From NCBI GenBank assembly GCA_031426555.1, contig JANPLN010000059.1, forward strand, positions 1 through 64,000: a stretch of DNA of 64,000 nt, given 5' to 3'. A program made the position numbers and the translations under genes. Under the pieces are notes generated by a model. The model did not search any database. It worked only from the letters and a program-made list of their open reading frames with translations, and had not been told where the DNA came from. This document shows positions 38,337 to 48,197 of this stretch, one piece after another. This stretch comes from Bdellovibrionales bacterium (GTDB taxonomy: Bacteria > Bdellovibrionota > Bdellovibrionia > Bdellovibrionales > JAGQZY01). How positions within the stretch are numbered: the first letter of the stretch is position 1; every line of letters begins with the position of its first letter.

Positions 38337-39641
38337 TTAGGCCTTCGCTGCAGCCGAAGCAGTCACTTCGTTCACAGTACAACCATCGAGAATGTATTTA
38401 AACACTTTGTCCTCGGTGATTTGGTACGACATTTTTTGTAGACCTTCTTTTTCTTTGTAGAAACTTTTGATCTTTTCTTTTTCCATATTAAAACGTTTTG
38501 CCATGTCTTCAAACTTTTCATCCATGTCGGCATCAGTGGCGTGAAGTTTTTCTTCCTCGGCAAGCTTGTCGATAAGGAACGCCGACTTCACCATAAACTC
38601 TGCGGTTTTATCAAAATCGTCATTCCACTTGGCTTGGTATTCAGCAAAATTTTCGTCGCTGAGGCCCTGGGACTTGAGGCGATTTTCAAAATCTGCCACA
38701 AGCGCTTTACGCTGCTCCTCCAAAAGGGCCTTTGGAGCTTCTACCGGATTGGCATCCACAAACATCTTCATCACTTGGTCGCGCAGATCCTGCTCGATTT
38801 TTTGTGAATCGCTCTCTTCCATTTCTTTGCGGATTTGCTCTTGCAGGCTCTGCAAATCTGTTTGACCGATTTTTTTGAAAAACTCTTCGTTGAGTTCTGG
38901 CAAAGCTTTGGTTTTGATTTCGGTGAGATTCACTTTGAAAGTCACGGGCTGATCTTTTAAATTTTCAACGTGATAGTCGGCTGGAAACTTGAGCGGTACT
39001 TCTTTTTGCTCGTCCACGTTCATGCCGACCAGCGCTTCTTCAAAGCCAGGGATAAATTGGTTGGCGCCAATTTCTAGCTGATGACCTTTGGCGCTGCCAT
39101 TTTCCAAGGGCGCACCGTTAACGATGCCTTCAAAGTCGATGATGGCAAAATCGCCCTTAGCGAGGGCACGAGCCTCAGTGAGAGTCTGAAAGCTGGAATT
39201 ACTCTGACGAACATTTTCAACCACCGAGCTGATGCGCTCATCGCTAACATTGAGTTTCTCTTTTTCGACGGTGAAGCCGGTTTTCTTTTGAATTTTTACT
39301 TCGGGGCGAATTTCGAAACTGGCAGTAAAAGTAAAAGGCGCGTCTTCTTTAAGGTCTTCGAAATCAATGGACGGCATAGAAACGGGGATGAGTTTGTGTT
39401 CTTTTAAAGCGTTCCAGTAAGTGGACTGAACGATATTTTGCACAACATCACTTTTTACCTTATCGCCGTACATGGTTTTAATGGTTGCGATGGGGGCTTT
39501 GCCTTTGCGAAAACCCTTGATATTGGCTTCTTTTTGGAGGTACTTGAAGGCACGGGAGAACTCGGCGTTGACGGTTTGCGAAGGGACCTCAATTTTTAGC
39601 TTCTTTTCGAGGTTAGAAACGCTTTCCAAGTTAGTTTTCAT
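38337..39641 (-). CDS. tig: Trigger factor
   Basis: GFRKGKAP ribosome-binding motif; FKBP domain IDFEG..FIPGFEE; GGAG RBS before ATG 39641. Confidence 0.96.
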   Translation of the reverse strand: MKTNLESVSNLEKKLKIEVPSQTVNAEFSRAFKYLQKEANIKGFRKGKAPIATIKTMYGDKVKSDVVQNIVQSTYWNALKEHKLIPVSMPSIDFEDLKEDAPFTFTASFEIRPEVKIQKKTGFTVEKEKLNVSDERISSVVENVRQSNSSFQTLTEARALAKGDFAIIDFEGIVNGAPLENGSAKGHQLEIGANQFIPGFEEALVGMNVDEQKEVPLKFPADYHVENLKDQPVTFKVNLTEIKTKALPELNEEFFKKIGQTDLQSLQEQIRKEMEESDSQKIEQDLRDQVMKMFVDANPVEAPKALLEEQRKALVADFENRLKSQGLSDENFAEYQAKWNDDFDKTAEFMVKSAFLIDKLAEEEKLHATDADMDEKFEDMAKRFNMEKEKIKSFYKEKEGLQKMSYQITEDKVFKYILDGCTVNEVTASAAAKA

Positions 39642-39726
39642 GTCTGAGCTCCTTGCGCCACAAGATTTGATATATTTGCGAATTTGCTGGAATATAGGAA
39701 ATTGCGTCGTTAAAATCAAGGACCTG

Positions 39727-40620
39727 ATGAAAAAAACAGCAAGCTTATGCCCAATAATTTTAGTGACTGGAAAAGGCGGGGTGGGAAAATCCTTCACGGC
39801 AGCCCTTTTGGCAAAGAAGCTCTCTTTGGAAGGGCGAAAAACCCTTTTAGTAGATATGGTGCCAGAAAGTTACCTAGCAAACGTGCTCAAGGTGTCTCCA
39901 CCCAAAGGCGTTCAACCACAGGCCACCCGTTTTGGCTTCGATTGGGCCCTCTGGCTGGGTGAAGAGTGCCTGGCTGAGTACATTCATTATTGGGTTCGCA
40001 TTCCCTTTGTCAGTCAGACCTTTTTAAAAAATTCCTGGTTAAAATCACTAATTCATTCGGCTCCAGGTTTGCGTGAGATTGCTTTTTTAGGAAAGCTCAC
40101 CAGCCAAGAGCGAAAACACGGACCGAGTTTATCTTACGATCACATTGTTGTGGACGCTGTAAGCACCGGACATTTTGTGTCGATGATGAAAGCGCCGGGT
40201 GCCTTGGCCCAGACTGTGAAGACGGGACCCATGCGTGAACAAAGTTTGCAAATACAGCGCGTTTTAAGTGATGCCCAGATGACGCAAATCTTTTTGGTGA
40301 GCAATCTGGAAAGGTATTCGTTGCACGAGTCCGAAGAGTTGCAAACGCAAATCAAAGACGTTCTGGGACTGGCACCCAGCTATGTGGCCAACAAAGTTTA
40401 TCCGGTTCCTGCAAATATGGAAAGGCCGGCACAGGCCATGGAGAATCTGCAAAACGAATTTTTACTGGTGCAGGAAAAAATTAAAGCCTACCAAGATAGC
40501 GCCACGGAAATTTTTAAACAAGGTGCCCACGAGCTATTTAGTATCCCCTATTATTTTTCCACCTTGGACACGGTTTTAGAGAGTGAAGATGAATTTAGAA
40601 ACTTATTTGAAAAAATATAA
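39727..40620 (+). CDS. ArsA/Get3-family ATPase, subunit 1
   Basis: VTGKGGVGKS, APGLREI, VDAVSTGH. Confidence 0.82.
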   Translation: MKKTASLCPIILVTGKGGVGKSFTAALLAKKLSLEGRKTLLVDMVPESYLANVLKVSPPKGVQPQATRFGFDWALWLGEECLAEYIHYWVRIPFVSQTFLKNSWLKSLIHSAPGLREIAFLGKLTSQERKHGPSLSYDHIVVDAVSTGHFVSMMKAPGALAQTVKTGPMREQSLQIQRVLSDAQMTQIFLVSNLERYSLHESEELQTQIKDVLGLAPSYVANKVYPVPANMERPAQAMENLQNEFLLVQEKIKAYQDSATEIFKQGAHELFSIPYYFSTLDTVLESEDEFRNLFEKI

Positions 40621-41650
40621 AATTTTTCTGTTTGCCGGTAACGGCGGAACGGGAAAGACCACACTGTCTGCCACATGGGCGCTTGAGGCGGCTCACCGCG
40701 GTCAACGTGTTGGACTGGTTACGATTGATCCCTCCCGTCGCTTGGGCGAGGCCTTTGGTATGAATATTGTCGAAGACTCCTACAAGCGCCATGCCGTGGG
40801 CAATTCGTATGTGGACATTCATTTGGTTCATTCTGCCAAGATCATTAAAGAATTCATCGTCGAAAACTTTTCCGAGCAGCAATATCAAACCATGACCGAG
40901 AACAAACTTTTCAAACAGGTCGTCACGCGCTTGGCAGAAAACCAATCCCTCTCAACAATTTACAAGCTATCGCAACTAATAAACTCAACAGACTACGATA
41001 TCATCGTTATTGATACGCCTCCCGCGGGGCATGCTGTGGATTTTTTTAGATCGCCCGAAAACGCCATTCGTCTGTTTAAAGAAAACATCCTGGCGAAAAC
41101 CGTCTTTGAAGGCCAGGGATTCGCTGCGAAGTCTGCCAAAAAGATTTTTGTGCAAGTGCTTAGTTTTTTAACCGGGGCCGAGTTTGTTAAACAAATGGAA
41201 GTGTTCTTTAAAGGCTTTTTTGCTTTTCAAGAAAAAATCGTCGAAGCCGCGGAACATTTAACAAAAGCCCTGAGCGGAGAAGAGGTTTGCTATTTTTTAG
41301 TTACCTTGCCTGAGCCATCGAAAGTTCAGGAGCTGACCGATGTTTTCGAAAAATTATCGCAACAAGGCTCGCGCACCATGCACCTGATCGTAAACCGTTC
41401 GCACCCTGACTGGTTTAAATTTAAACAGAATCTGTTTTCGGACCACTGGCCGGTGGCAAAGAAATACTATGACAAAGTTTATGATTATTACGATAATCAA
41501 AAAATGAGTCTGCAACAAACGAATCTGCAAAAAACAAAAGACAAGAATGGCGCGAGTTATCAGATCTATTTCATCCCCGAGAAAAACTATTTTTCTAGCG
41601 AGATTTCTTTGGATGAATTGCGCCAAACCTTAAACGAGGTCTTTGTATGA
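40583..41650 (+). CDS. ArsA/Get3-family ATPase, subunit 2
   Basis: GNGGTGKTT, TIDPSRRL, DTPPAGH. Confidence 0.85.
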   Translation: MKMNLETYLKKYKIFLFAGNGGTGKTTLSATWALEAAHRGQRVGLVTIDPSRRLGEAFGMNIVEDSYKRHAVGNSYVDIHLVHSAKIIKEFIVENFSEQQYQTMTENKLFKQVVTRLAENQSLSTIYKLSQLINSTDYDIIVIDTPPAGHAVDFFRSPENAIRLFKENILAKTVFEGQGFAAKSAKKIFVQVLSFLTGAEFVKQMEVFFKGFFAFQEKIVEAAEHLTKALSGEEVCYFLVTLPEPSKVQELTDVFEKLSQQGSRTMHLIVNRSHPDWFKFKQNLFSDHWPVAKKYYDKVYDYYDNQKMSLQQTNLQKTKDKNGASYQIYFIPEKNYFSSEISLDELRQTLNEVFV

Positions 41651-42657
41651 AAATTGTAAGCCTGATCGGACTCTTCGTTATTTCCATCGCCTCCTGCAGT
41701 CACCTGTCCTCGGATTCCATCGGCTCGGTGATCGAATACCCTCCTGAGTTAAAAGAGGCTAACTATTTTTTACGCAATAAAAATACGGAGCGCGCTGAGA
41801 GTGAAGTTCTTAAATACTTGGGTACCAACCGGGATGTTTACTGGCTAGGACAAGCCTATTTGTTGCTTGGGGAGATCCGCGAGGCTGCCGAACAGGAAAC
41901 CTCGGCCCTCGACGCCTACAAGCAAGCCATCAAACACAGCGCTGGCTATAATTCCACAATAACAGCGCAGGGTTTATACAGGATGTCGTGGATTTACGAA
42001 CGCACTCTGCAATACAAAGATTTGCAAATTGCACTGACGGATTTGCTGCATGTTTTAGGCTCTGGCGACAACTTTATCAAACATATCGAAACACCGGCTC
42101 GTCTGGCCAACACGTATTATGTTTTAGGCCAATGGGAGCGCGCACTCAAACAAAGAGATACCATCACTAACGATATGTTTAATCGATACAAATCTCTGGC
42201 GAAGGATGCGAGCAATCTGTTTCAGGCGCGGCTGTATCTCGCCTTTCAAGGGATGAAGCCCATTTCACAAACTCCTTACAAGTCCCAGCAGATCATAAAA
42301 AACTGTCGTCAGGAGCTGCTCGAGGTGACAGAAATGGGTACGCCCGACCTTGCCGAGCAAGCCGTAGAAGTGCTGCGCCGCGAGTATCAAAGATATTTTT
42401 CGCAACTCAAACCACCGCGTATAGGAAAGACCACGGAGGAAACTCTGGCAAACAATCGGCAGCAAATTCTAGCACTCTCTACGTTTGTCGACGAAATCAA
42501 CGAACTGCGCGTGCTTCGCCGTCCTCCCGAGCTGATTTCGAACCAACAATTAAATTTAGATTTTTTCCGCGATTTACAGGCCATGGAGCAGGAAGCTCGG
42601 CAGATCGTTCACAGTTTGGCGTACGGTATTCAAAAAATGCAAAGTACGAAGAAGTAG
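41647..42657 (+). CDS. TPR-like lipoprotein
   Basis: Lipobox IASC; helical repeats (AYLLLGEI, GLYRMSWIY). Confidence 0.7.
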   Translation: MKIVSLIGLFVISIASCSHLSSDSIGSVIEYPPELKEANYFLRNKNTERAESEVLKYLGTNRDVYWLGQAYLLLGEIREAAEQETSALDAYKQAIKHSAGYNSTITAQGLYRMSWIYERTLQYKDLQIALTDLLHVLGSGDNFIKHIETPARLANTYYVLGQWERALKQRDTITNDMFNRYKSLAKDASNLFQARLYLAFQGMKPISQTPYKSQQIIKNCRQELLEVTEMGTPDLAEQAVEVLRREYQRYFSQLKPPRIGKTTEETLANNRQQILALSTFVDEINELRVLRRPPELISNQQLNLDFFRDLQAMEQEARQIVHSLAYGIQKMQSTKK

Positions 42658-42670
42658 TGAGGACTCTCCA

Positions 42671-43438
42671 ATGTCATCTTCCACCCATTTTGTAAAAGGC
42701 CTGTTTGTTCCATTTCGGGGAATTTACTTAATAATGACCAGCTTTCAGCTTTTTATTCTGGCCTTGATTCCATTGTTGTTAGCGATTGGGGTGGGGATTT
42801 TTCTTTTGGTGTCTCTGTGGACAAACACCGCCACCTTTATGGAACTTATTTTGGAGTGGGCGCCTTGGCTCCACCAGATGATGCAATTTCGCATTGGTGA
42901 CATTTCCTTGCTGGGTATGGTTTTTCAGGGCCTTTTTTGGATCTTCATTATTTTGTTTACGATTTATTTTTCGTACCTAGCTTTGATTATTATTGGCGCT
43001 CCTTTTTACTCACTTCTGGTGGATAAAATCCTTGTGCGGCGAGGCCTTCAACCGCCGGTGCAAAATAATGTTATAAGATGGCTTTACACCAGCCTGAAGA
43101 TGCTCATAATCACTTTATTCAAGTTGGTAATATTTATGACCGCTACGGGTTTACTATTTGTTGTTTCTTTTTGGTCTTTGGGGGTTATCCTGGTTCCAAT
43201 ATTGGTTGGTTTTATGATTGCTTACGATTGTATCGACTTTAGTTTGGAGTGTATGAATTTTTCTTTACGAGAGCGCTGGAACTACTTTACAAGCCACCTG
43301 TCGTTTTTTTCGGGCTTAGCACTCGCTATTTTATTTTTTAGTTTTATACCTGGGTTATTTACAATTTCGTTACCATTTTTTATTGCAGGTGGGGCCGATG
43401 CTTTTGCCTCCATCGCTCAGTCGGAGGCAACTACATGA
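42671..43438 (+). CDS. EI24/CysZ-family membrane protein
   Basis: LALIPLL, IIGAPFYSLL, YDCIDF; multiple TM helices. Confidence 0.8.
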   Translation: MSSSTHFVKGLFVPFRGIYLIMTSFQLFILALIPLLLAIGVGIFLLVSLWTNTATFMELILEWAPWLHQMMQFRIGDISLLGMVFQGLFWIFIILFTIYFSYLALIIIGAPFYSLLVDKILVRRGLQPPVQNNVIRWLYTSLKMLIITLFKLVIFMTATGLLFVVSFWSLGVILVPILVGFMIAYDCIDFSLECMNFSLRERWNYFTSHLSFFSGLALAILFFSFIPGLFTISLPFFIAGGADAFASIAQSEATT

Positions 43439-44676
43439 ATGATAAAATTCACCACGCTATTTTACAAAATATGGACTCTCTCTGCAATTGGTTCGAAACC
43501 GAAGCGCAAAAAGTGTTTATTCCTTTTTACTCAAGTTACGACATTCGCGATTCCTCCTTTAAAGTGACCAATGTGGATGCCAATATTTATCCAGCGGGGT
43601 TTAACAATATCTGTCCCACCGACAAAGAACAGTCTCCTGACCTCGCCCAAAGCTATTTTAATACCTATTACCCGGGTGCTAAAAAAATCCTTTTGATCAC
43701 TGAAGATCATCTCAAAAACATGTACTACTGGGAAAACGTAAATGCTATTCAGGCTCTTTTAACCACAGCGGGTTTCGATGTGCGAATTGGGATGCCGGTG
43801 TTAACAGAGCAAGCCACCATGGAATTTGAAACCTATTTGGGGAATAAGGTACTGGCGCATCGAGTTTCGAACCTTGATGGAAAGCTAGTGACCGAGGGCT
43901 TTGTTCCAGATGTCGTGATCAGCAACAATGATTTTTCTAAAATTTATGAGGCTTGGACGGACCTTTCAAAAACTGCGATGACCCCACCCATGGAGTTGGG
44001 TTGGTACCAGCGGCAAAAAAGCATTTATTTTGAATGCTACAACACGACAGCCGCCGAATTCGCCCAGCTTCTTAAAATGGACCCCTGGTTTTTTCAGGTC
44101 CGCACCGAACTCTTTAGCGAGTTTGATGTATCGGACGAGCAGAGCCGCATCCGTTTAGCAAAAGTCGCTGACGATATGCTATTAAAGTTGCAACAAGATT
44201 ATTCGGAACGGGGAATCTCTGAAAAGCCGTATTTATTTATCAAAAACAATTCCGGCACCTACGGCCTAGGCGTGATTCGGGTGGCTGCGGGAGAAGATAT
44301 TCTCAAGTGGACCTACGACTCGCGAAAAAAGATGAAGGCGCAAAAAGGTGGGGGGCGCTTTGACGAAGTGATTGTTCAAGAGGGCGTTCCCACGGTAATG
44401 AAGTCGGGAGCGGCCACGGCCGAACCGACGATTTACATGGTGGGCGATAGTTTGGCTGGAGGATTTTTAAGAACCCACGAGCAGAAAGACGAAAAAGACA
44501 GTCTCAACAGCCCCGGCGCAGTTTATAAAAAATTATGTTTGAGCGATTTAAAAATCAAAGCCGAAGGTTGCCCACTGGAAAATGTTTACGGGTGGGTTGG
44601 CAAGATTGGGCTTTTAGCCATAGGTCGAGAGACACAAAAAATGAACATAAAATATCACGGCTACCATTCAAAATAG
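43435..44676 (+). CDS. gshA: Glutamate--cysteine ligase (ATP-grasp-like GshA type)
   Basis: PFYSSYDIR, DANIYPAGFNN, NNDFS, KNNSGTYGLG, QEGVPT, LNSPG. Confidence 0.88.
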   Translation: MNDKIHHAILQNMDSLCNWFETEAQKVFIPFYSSYDIRDSSFKVTNVDANIYPAGFNNICPTDKEQSPDLAQSYFNTYYPGAKKILLITEDHLKNMYYWENVNAIQALLTTAGFDVRIGMPVLTEQATMEFETYLGNKVLAHRVSNLDGKLVTEGFVPDVVISNNDFSKIYEAWTDLSKTAMTPPMELGWYQRQKSIYFECYNTTAAEFAQLLKMDPWFFQVRTELFSEFDVSDEQSRIRLAKVADDMLLKLQQDYSERGISEKPYLFIKNNSGTYGLGVIRVAAGEDILKWTYDSRKKMKAQKGGGRFDEVIVQEGVPTVMKSGAATAEPTIYMVGDSLAGGFLRTHEQKDEKDSLNSPGAVYKKLCLSDLKIKAEGCPLENVYGWVGKIGLLAIGRETQKMNIKYHGYHSK

Positions 44677-44686
44677 GATATACTCA

Positions 44687-45391
44687 TTGCTAGGGCACGA
44701 AGCCCTTTTAAAAACCCAAGGAACGGGGGTGAGTGTGCAACATTTAAAATCTTTTCTATTTCTTGGACTCCTCGTCACGTGCTCCCTGTACAGTTATTAT
44801 CTCTCAAGTCGCGAGTACGTTTGGATTGTTCCTTATATGACCGCTCGTGCTCCCGCTGCCGTTCGCGAATCCAAAGAATTTCAAGATGTGGTCGAAAAAC
44901 CGATGCGTGTATTTAAGCGCGAAGCCGTGGCGGCCTCACTCGCCATTGATAATTACAAAGGCCAACAAAAATTGAGTTTTGGTCAATTTCCAGTCACAGC
45001 GAGCAATGGTCCCAATCTCATTTGTTTGGAATATCCCTATTTGCGCCTGGTTTGGGTGGCTGAGGGGCGTGCTGTATCTGGTAAAAAAACCCGCCTCCTC
45101 GTGCGAGCGCCCTGTCGCATCCACCCACACAACCGCGATCGAGTGTCTGATATCCCACTTCCCTTTGACGAAATTTATCGTCGACCTGCCCAGGATCAAA
45201 CGTTCCAATGGAATAAACTGGATTTGGACCTCGAGGTGGATGCCGAAAACGTCTACGGCGACTGGCCGCGCTTGTGGGAGCTTGAAAGCATCGAGTTTTA
45301 TAAAGATCCTTCGGGCGAAGGGGAAGTCCTAAGCCTTGCGAAGGAAGAGTTTGTAAAATCCACCGGCGGCCCCATTCTTGTTCGCTTTTAA
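44687..45391 (+). CDS. Membrane-anchored hypothetical protein
   Basis: TM helix followed by RAPAA linker; start codon uncertain. Confidence 0.65.
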   Translation: MLGHEALLKTQGTGVSVQHLKSFLFLGLLVTCSLYSYYLSSREYVWIVPYMTARAPAAVRESKEFQDVVEKPMRVFKREAVAASLAIDNYKGQQKLSFGQFPVTASNGPNLICLEYPYLRLVWVAEGRAVSGKKTRLLVRAPCRIHPHNRDRVSDIPLPFDEIYRRPAQDQTFQWNKLDLDLEVDAENVYGDWPRLWELESIEFYKDPSGEGEVLSLAKEEFVKSTGGPILVRF

Positions 45392-45741
45392 TACCGTAGG
45401 CTCGTAACGTGTAGTTGTTTCGTTAAGAAAACAAAAACAACTAGGTATTCTTACCAAAAGTGATTCCAACATTGCTGCAACCTCTCTCTACGGGTACACG
45501 GATATAGTTCTGAACATTTCGAAATTACTTATAGCAAAACTGCGAAGAGGTCTTTGGCTGTGGGGTTCTTCAATACTGTGTCTTGTTGCTTGCTAATGAC
45601 AGCATTTCGGCAATATTTCCACCCAGGCAATAAAAATGTGTTTTTCCGCTCAATTTTTCTGGGCGCGCAATACGCAATAATGGACAGGGCCGAGTTTTAG
45701 CTTCATACTTTTTAAAGAATAACTTTCAACGAGGTTTGTTT

Positions 45742-46692
45742 ATGAAATGGATTTTGCTATTTTTAATTGCTCTAATCTCAAACTATGCGGCTCATGCTGC
45801 CGCACCTCAAGTCAAAAAACCTGCTCCTGGATTCTTTCGGTTTATGGTAGGCGCTATTGAAGTCACTCCGATCCTAGATGGTCTTTTCGTGATGAAGCCT
45901 GCAGAAGTTTTTAAAGGTATGAAACCCGCTCAGTTGAATAAGCTGCTCGCTCAGAACTACGAGGGACCTGACGTACATACCTCCGTGAACGGGTATCTCG
46001 TCAATACGGGTGAGAAGCTTGTTTTAATCGATACCGGAATTGGCACGAATACTATGATGGGCCGAGGGTTTAATCAACTTCTGGAAAATCTAAAAGCTTC
46101 TGGCTACAAACCAGAGCAAATAGATGAAGTTTACACGACACATATGCACGCAGATCATATCGGCGGCCTAACAGCCAACGGCAAAGCAAATTTCCCGAAC
46201 GCCATACTTCGTTCGGATAAGCGCGACTCTAATTTTTGGCTAAGCGACGAACAGGCCGAAAAGGCGACGCATCCGCTGGTCAAAGGAATGATTGAAATTG
46301 CGAAATTAATGTACGAGCCTTACATATCCGCCAAAAGATATAAGCCTTTTGAAGGTAAAACTGAACTCGTCCCGGGCGTTTGGGCTCATCCAGCCTACGG
46401 GCACACGGCGGGGCACACCATTTACACCGTTGAGTCTCAAGGAAAGAAGCTATGGCTACTTGGTGATTTAATGCATGTTGCAGCCTTGCAGTTCCCGGAT
46501 CCCTCGGCGAAAACAGACTGGGATACGGATGGAAAAGCGGCTTTTCTTGAACGGAAAAAAGCATTCGCCGTCATAGCACAAGCCGGGGATTTAATTGGTG
46601 CCGCACACTTACCCTTTCCTGGAGTGGGTCGCATTCGCGCTGCGGGAAAGGGTTTTGAGTACCGACCTTTGACCTATGGTCCGCTTAAATAG
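45742..46692 (+). CDS. Secreted MBL-fold hydrolase (methyl-parathion-hydrolase-like)
   Basis: THMHADHIGG, GHTAGH, GDLMH, AHLPFPG; signal peptide. Confidence 0.9.
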   Translation: MKWILLFLIALISNYAAHAAAPQVKKPAPGFFRFMVGAIEVTPILDGLFVMKPAEVFKGMKPAQLNKLLAQNYEGPDVHTSVNGYLVNTGEKLVLIDTGIGTNTMMGRGFNQLLENLKASGYKPEQIDEVYTTHMHADHIGGLTANGKANFPNAILRSDKRDSNFWLSDEQAEKATHPLVKGMIEIAKLMYEPYISAKRYKPFEGKTELVPGVWAHPAYGHTAGHTIYTVESQGKKLWLLGDLMHVAALQFPDPSAKTDWDTDGKAAFLERKKAFAVIAQAGDLIGAAHLPFPGVGRIRAAGKGFEYRPLTYGPLK

Positions 46693-46780
46693 GGGGCAGG
46701 GTGAGCTTGCGAACTTTTATAAATGCACTCGGCCTACAGTTCCTCTAGAGAAGTAGCAATTCTTCCGTTAGTGTACTTGA

Positions 46781-47659
46781 ATGAGACACCTAATTCTACT
46801 TTCGATCCAGTTGCTGTGCCTTAATGTTTTTGCCCAAGTGGCTTCGTTTAACCAGCGAGAGTTTCGAATTCACAATGCCAATCAACACCAACTTGCCGCC
46901 GTCTCCGCAGACTGTTTGGAGTGGCACTATCAGGATCACTTAGATTTTTACAATAAATGGGGAATATCTAAATACTACGGCGATCGTCGGACGGATTACT
47001 CCACTCCAGAGGGGTTGCTGGCCGCTTTGCAGTTGTACAATAAGCCTGCCGATCTTGTTTCGCAGCTTGAGGGCATTAGTTGTATTGGTTTGGCAATGAA
47101 ATGCCTTAAGCAAGGCTTTGCCTCCATCGGTTTACCAAGAACCTGGGAAAAAATCGAAACAGTTTTGGGCAAAGATAAACTCGGCACCGTCTTGCAAAAA
47201 AATCTCATCGCTTTGGGTTGGAAGTCTTACTACTGGAATCCAGATCCCAGCATGAACGACACCTGGGACATCGAAGATCGCACTTTGACTCCATTGAAAC
47301 CCGGCAAAGAATGGATGTCCGTTTGGGGAGGCCACGCCACTCGCTACGGCCACGCCCTCAAAGGATTCTATTACGAGCGATCACTCATCGTTCACGACGC
47401 GGTTTCGTTGGTGGGCTACAAAGACGTACAACCGACCTTCTTTAAACAAATCCCTTTCTTTGTAGGCATCGCCCATGCGGGCTACCATGTATTTCCAGGT
47501 CGAAACGGTGACGTGATCGAAGCCCACAGCAAACGCGATCTCAACGCCATCGACAATTTAGAATACAGCGAATTCAATCCACTCAAAGTCGGCGGCGGTC
47601 CCCGCTGGACAGACACAGAACTGTATCGCTCCGGCGTGGTTGTCACACCCAATCTTTAA
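46781..47659 (+). CDS. Secreted hypothetical protein, possible papain-like Cys hydrolase
   Basis: Signal peptide; SCIG ... YHVF ... IEAHS. Confidence 0.6.
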   Translation: MRHLILLSIQLLCLNVFAQVASFNQREFRIHNANQHQLAAVSADCLEWHYQDHLDFYNKWGISKYYGDRRTDYSTPEGLLAALQLYNKPADLVSQLEGISCIGLAMKCLKQGFASIGLPRTWEKIETVLGKDKLGTVLQKNLIALGWKSYYWNPDPSMNDTWDIEDRTLTPLKPGKEWMSVWGGHATRYGHALKGFYYERSLIVHDAVSLVGYKDVQPTFFKQIPFFVGIAHAGYHVFPGRNGDVIEAHSKRDLNAIDNLEYSEFNPLKVGGGPRWTDTELYRSGVVVTPNL

Positions 47660-47730
47660 AGCAATACACCATCCTGGGGTTGCAGAGGTCCCTCTGCCAT
47701 CAGTAATTTTCTAAAAATGTAGGGCACAAT

Positions 47731-48192
47731 TTAAAGTTCTAAAACCATCTCGATGTTGGAACGTTCATAGTCCGGATGGGGCCCGAGGTTCTTAATGACG
47801 AACCCATGCTTTTTGTAGAGCTCAATAGCGGGAGTGAGGATCGTGTTTGAAAGCAGCATGACGTGGTCGGCTTTTTTCAGGCGGGCCCAATCGATGGCCG
47901 CTTTCATCAGTACGTGGCCAAGGCCTTGCCCTTGCGCGCTTGGGCTGACGGCCATCTTTGCAAGCTCGTAACCGGTACCGTGTTTGAGCATGGCGCAGGT
48001 GGCGATGGCACGATCATTTTGGATGATAAAAAAGATCTCACCGCCAGGTTGGATAATCAGCTCTTCCGCACGCGAGAGTTGTGCGCGGTCCATGTCTTCG
48101 ATTTTAAAATATTTTTCGATCCATTCTTCGTTGAGACGGGCAAAGTCCTTCAGCCAACGAGGTGAATACGTGATAATTTGAATTTCCATCAT
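47731..48192 (-). CDS. GNAT N-acetyltransferase
   Basis: ELAKMAV..AQGQGLG, AIELYKKHGF. Confidence 0.88.
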   Translation of the reverse strand: MMEIQIITYSPRWLKDFARLNEEWIEKYFKIEDMDRAQLSRAEELIIQPGGEIFFIIQNDRAIATCAMLKHGTGYELAKMAVSPSAQGQGLGHVLMKAAIDWARLKKADHVMLLSNTILTPAIELYKKHGFVIKNLGPHPDYERSNIEMVLEL

Positions 48193-48197
48193 CGACT

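Noticed and set aside
38337..40620. Long overlap of tig (to 39797) and ArsA (from 39472) in the ORF track
   Set aside because: Artefact of the longest-ORF starts; the likely ATGs are 39641 and 39727, giving divergent non-overlapping genes.
39727..41650. Arsenic-resistance operon
   Set aside because: No arsB/acr3, arsC, arsR or arsD nearby, and the paired-gene layout fits the Get3-like clade.
45392..45496. Possible GTAG/CTAC REP-like unit after the gshA operon
   Set aside because: Only short imperfect pairing (TACCGTAG/CTACGGGTA, TAGTTGTTT/AAACAACTA), and no second copy was seen.
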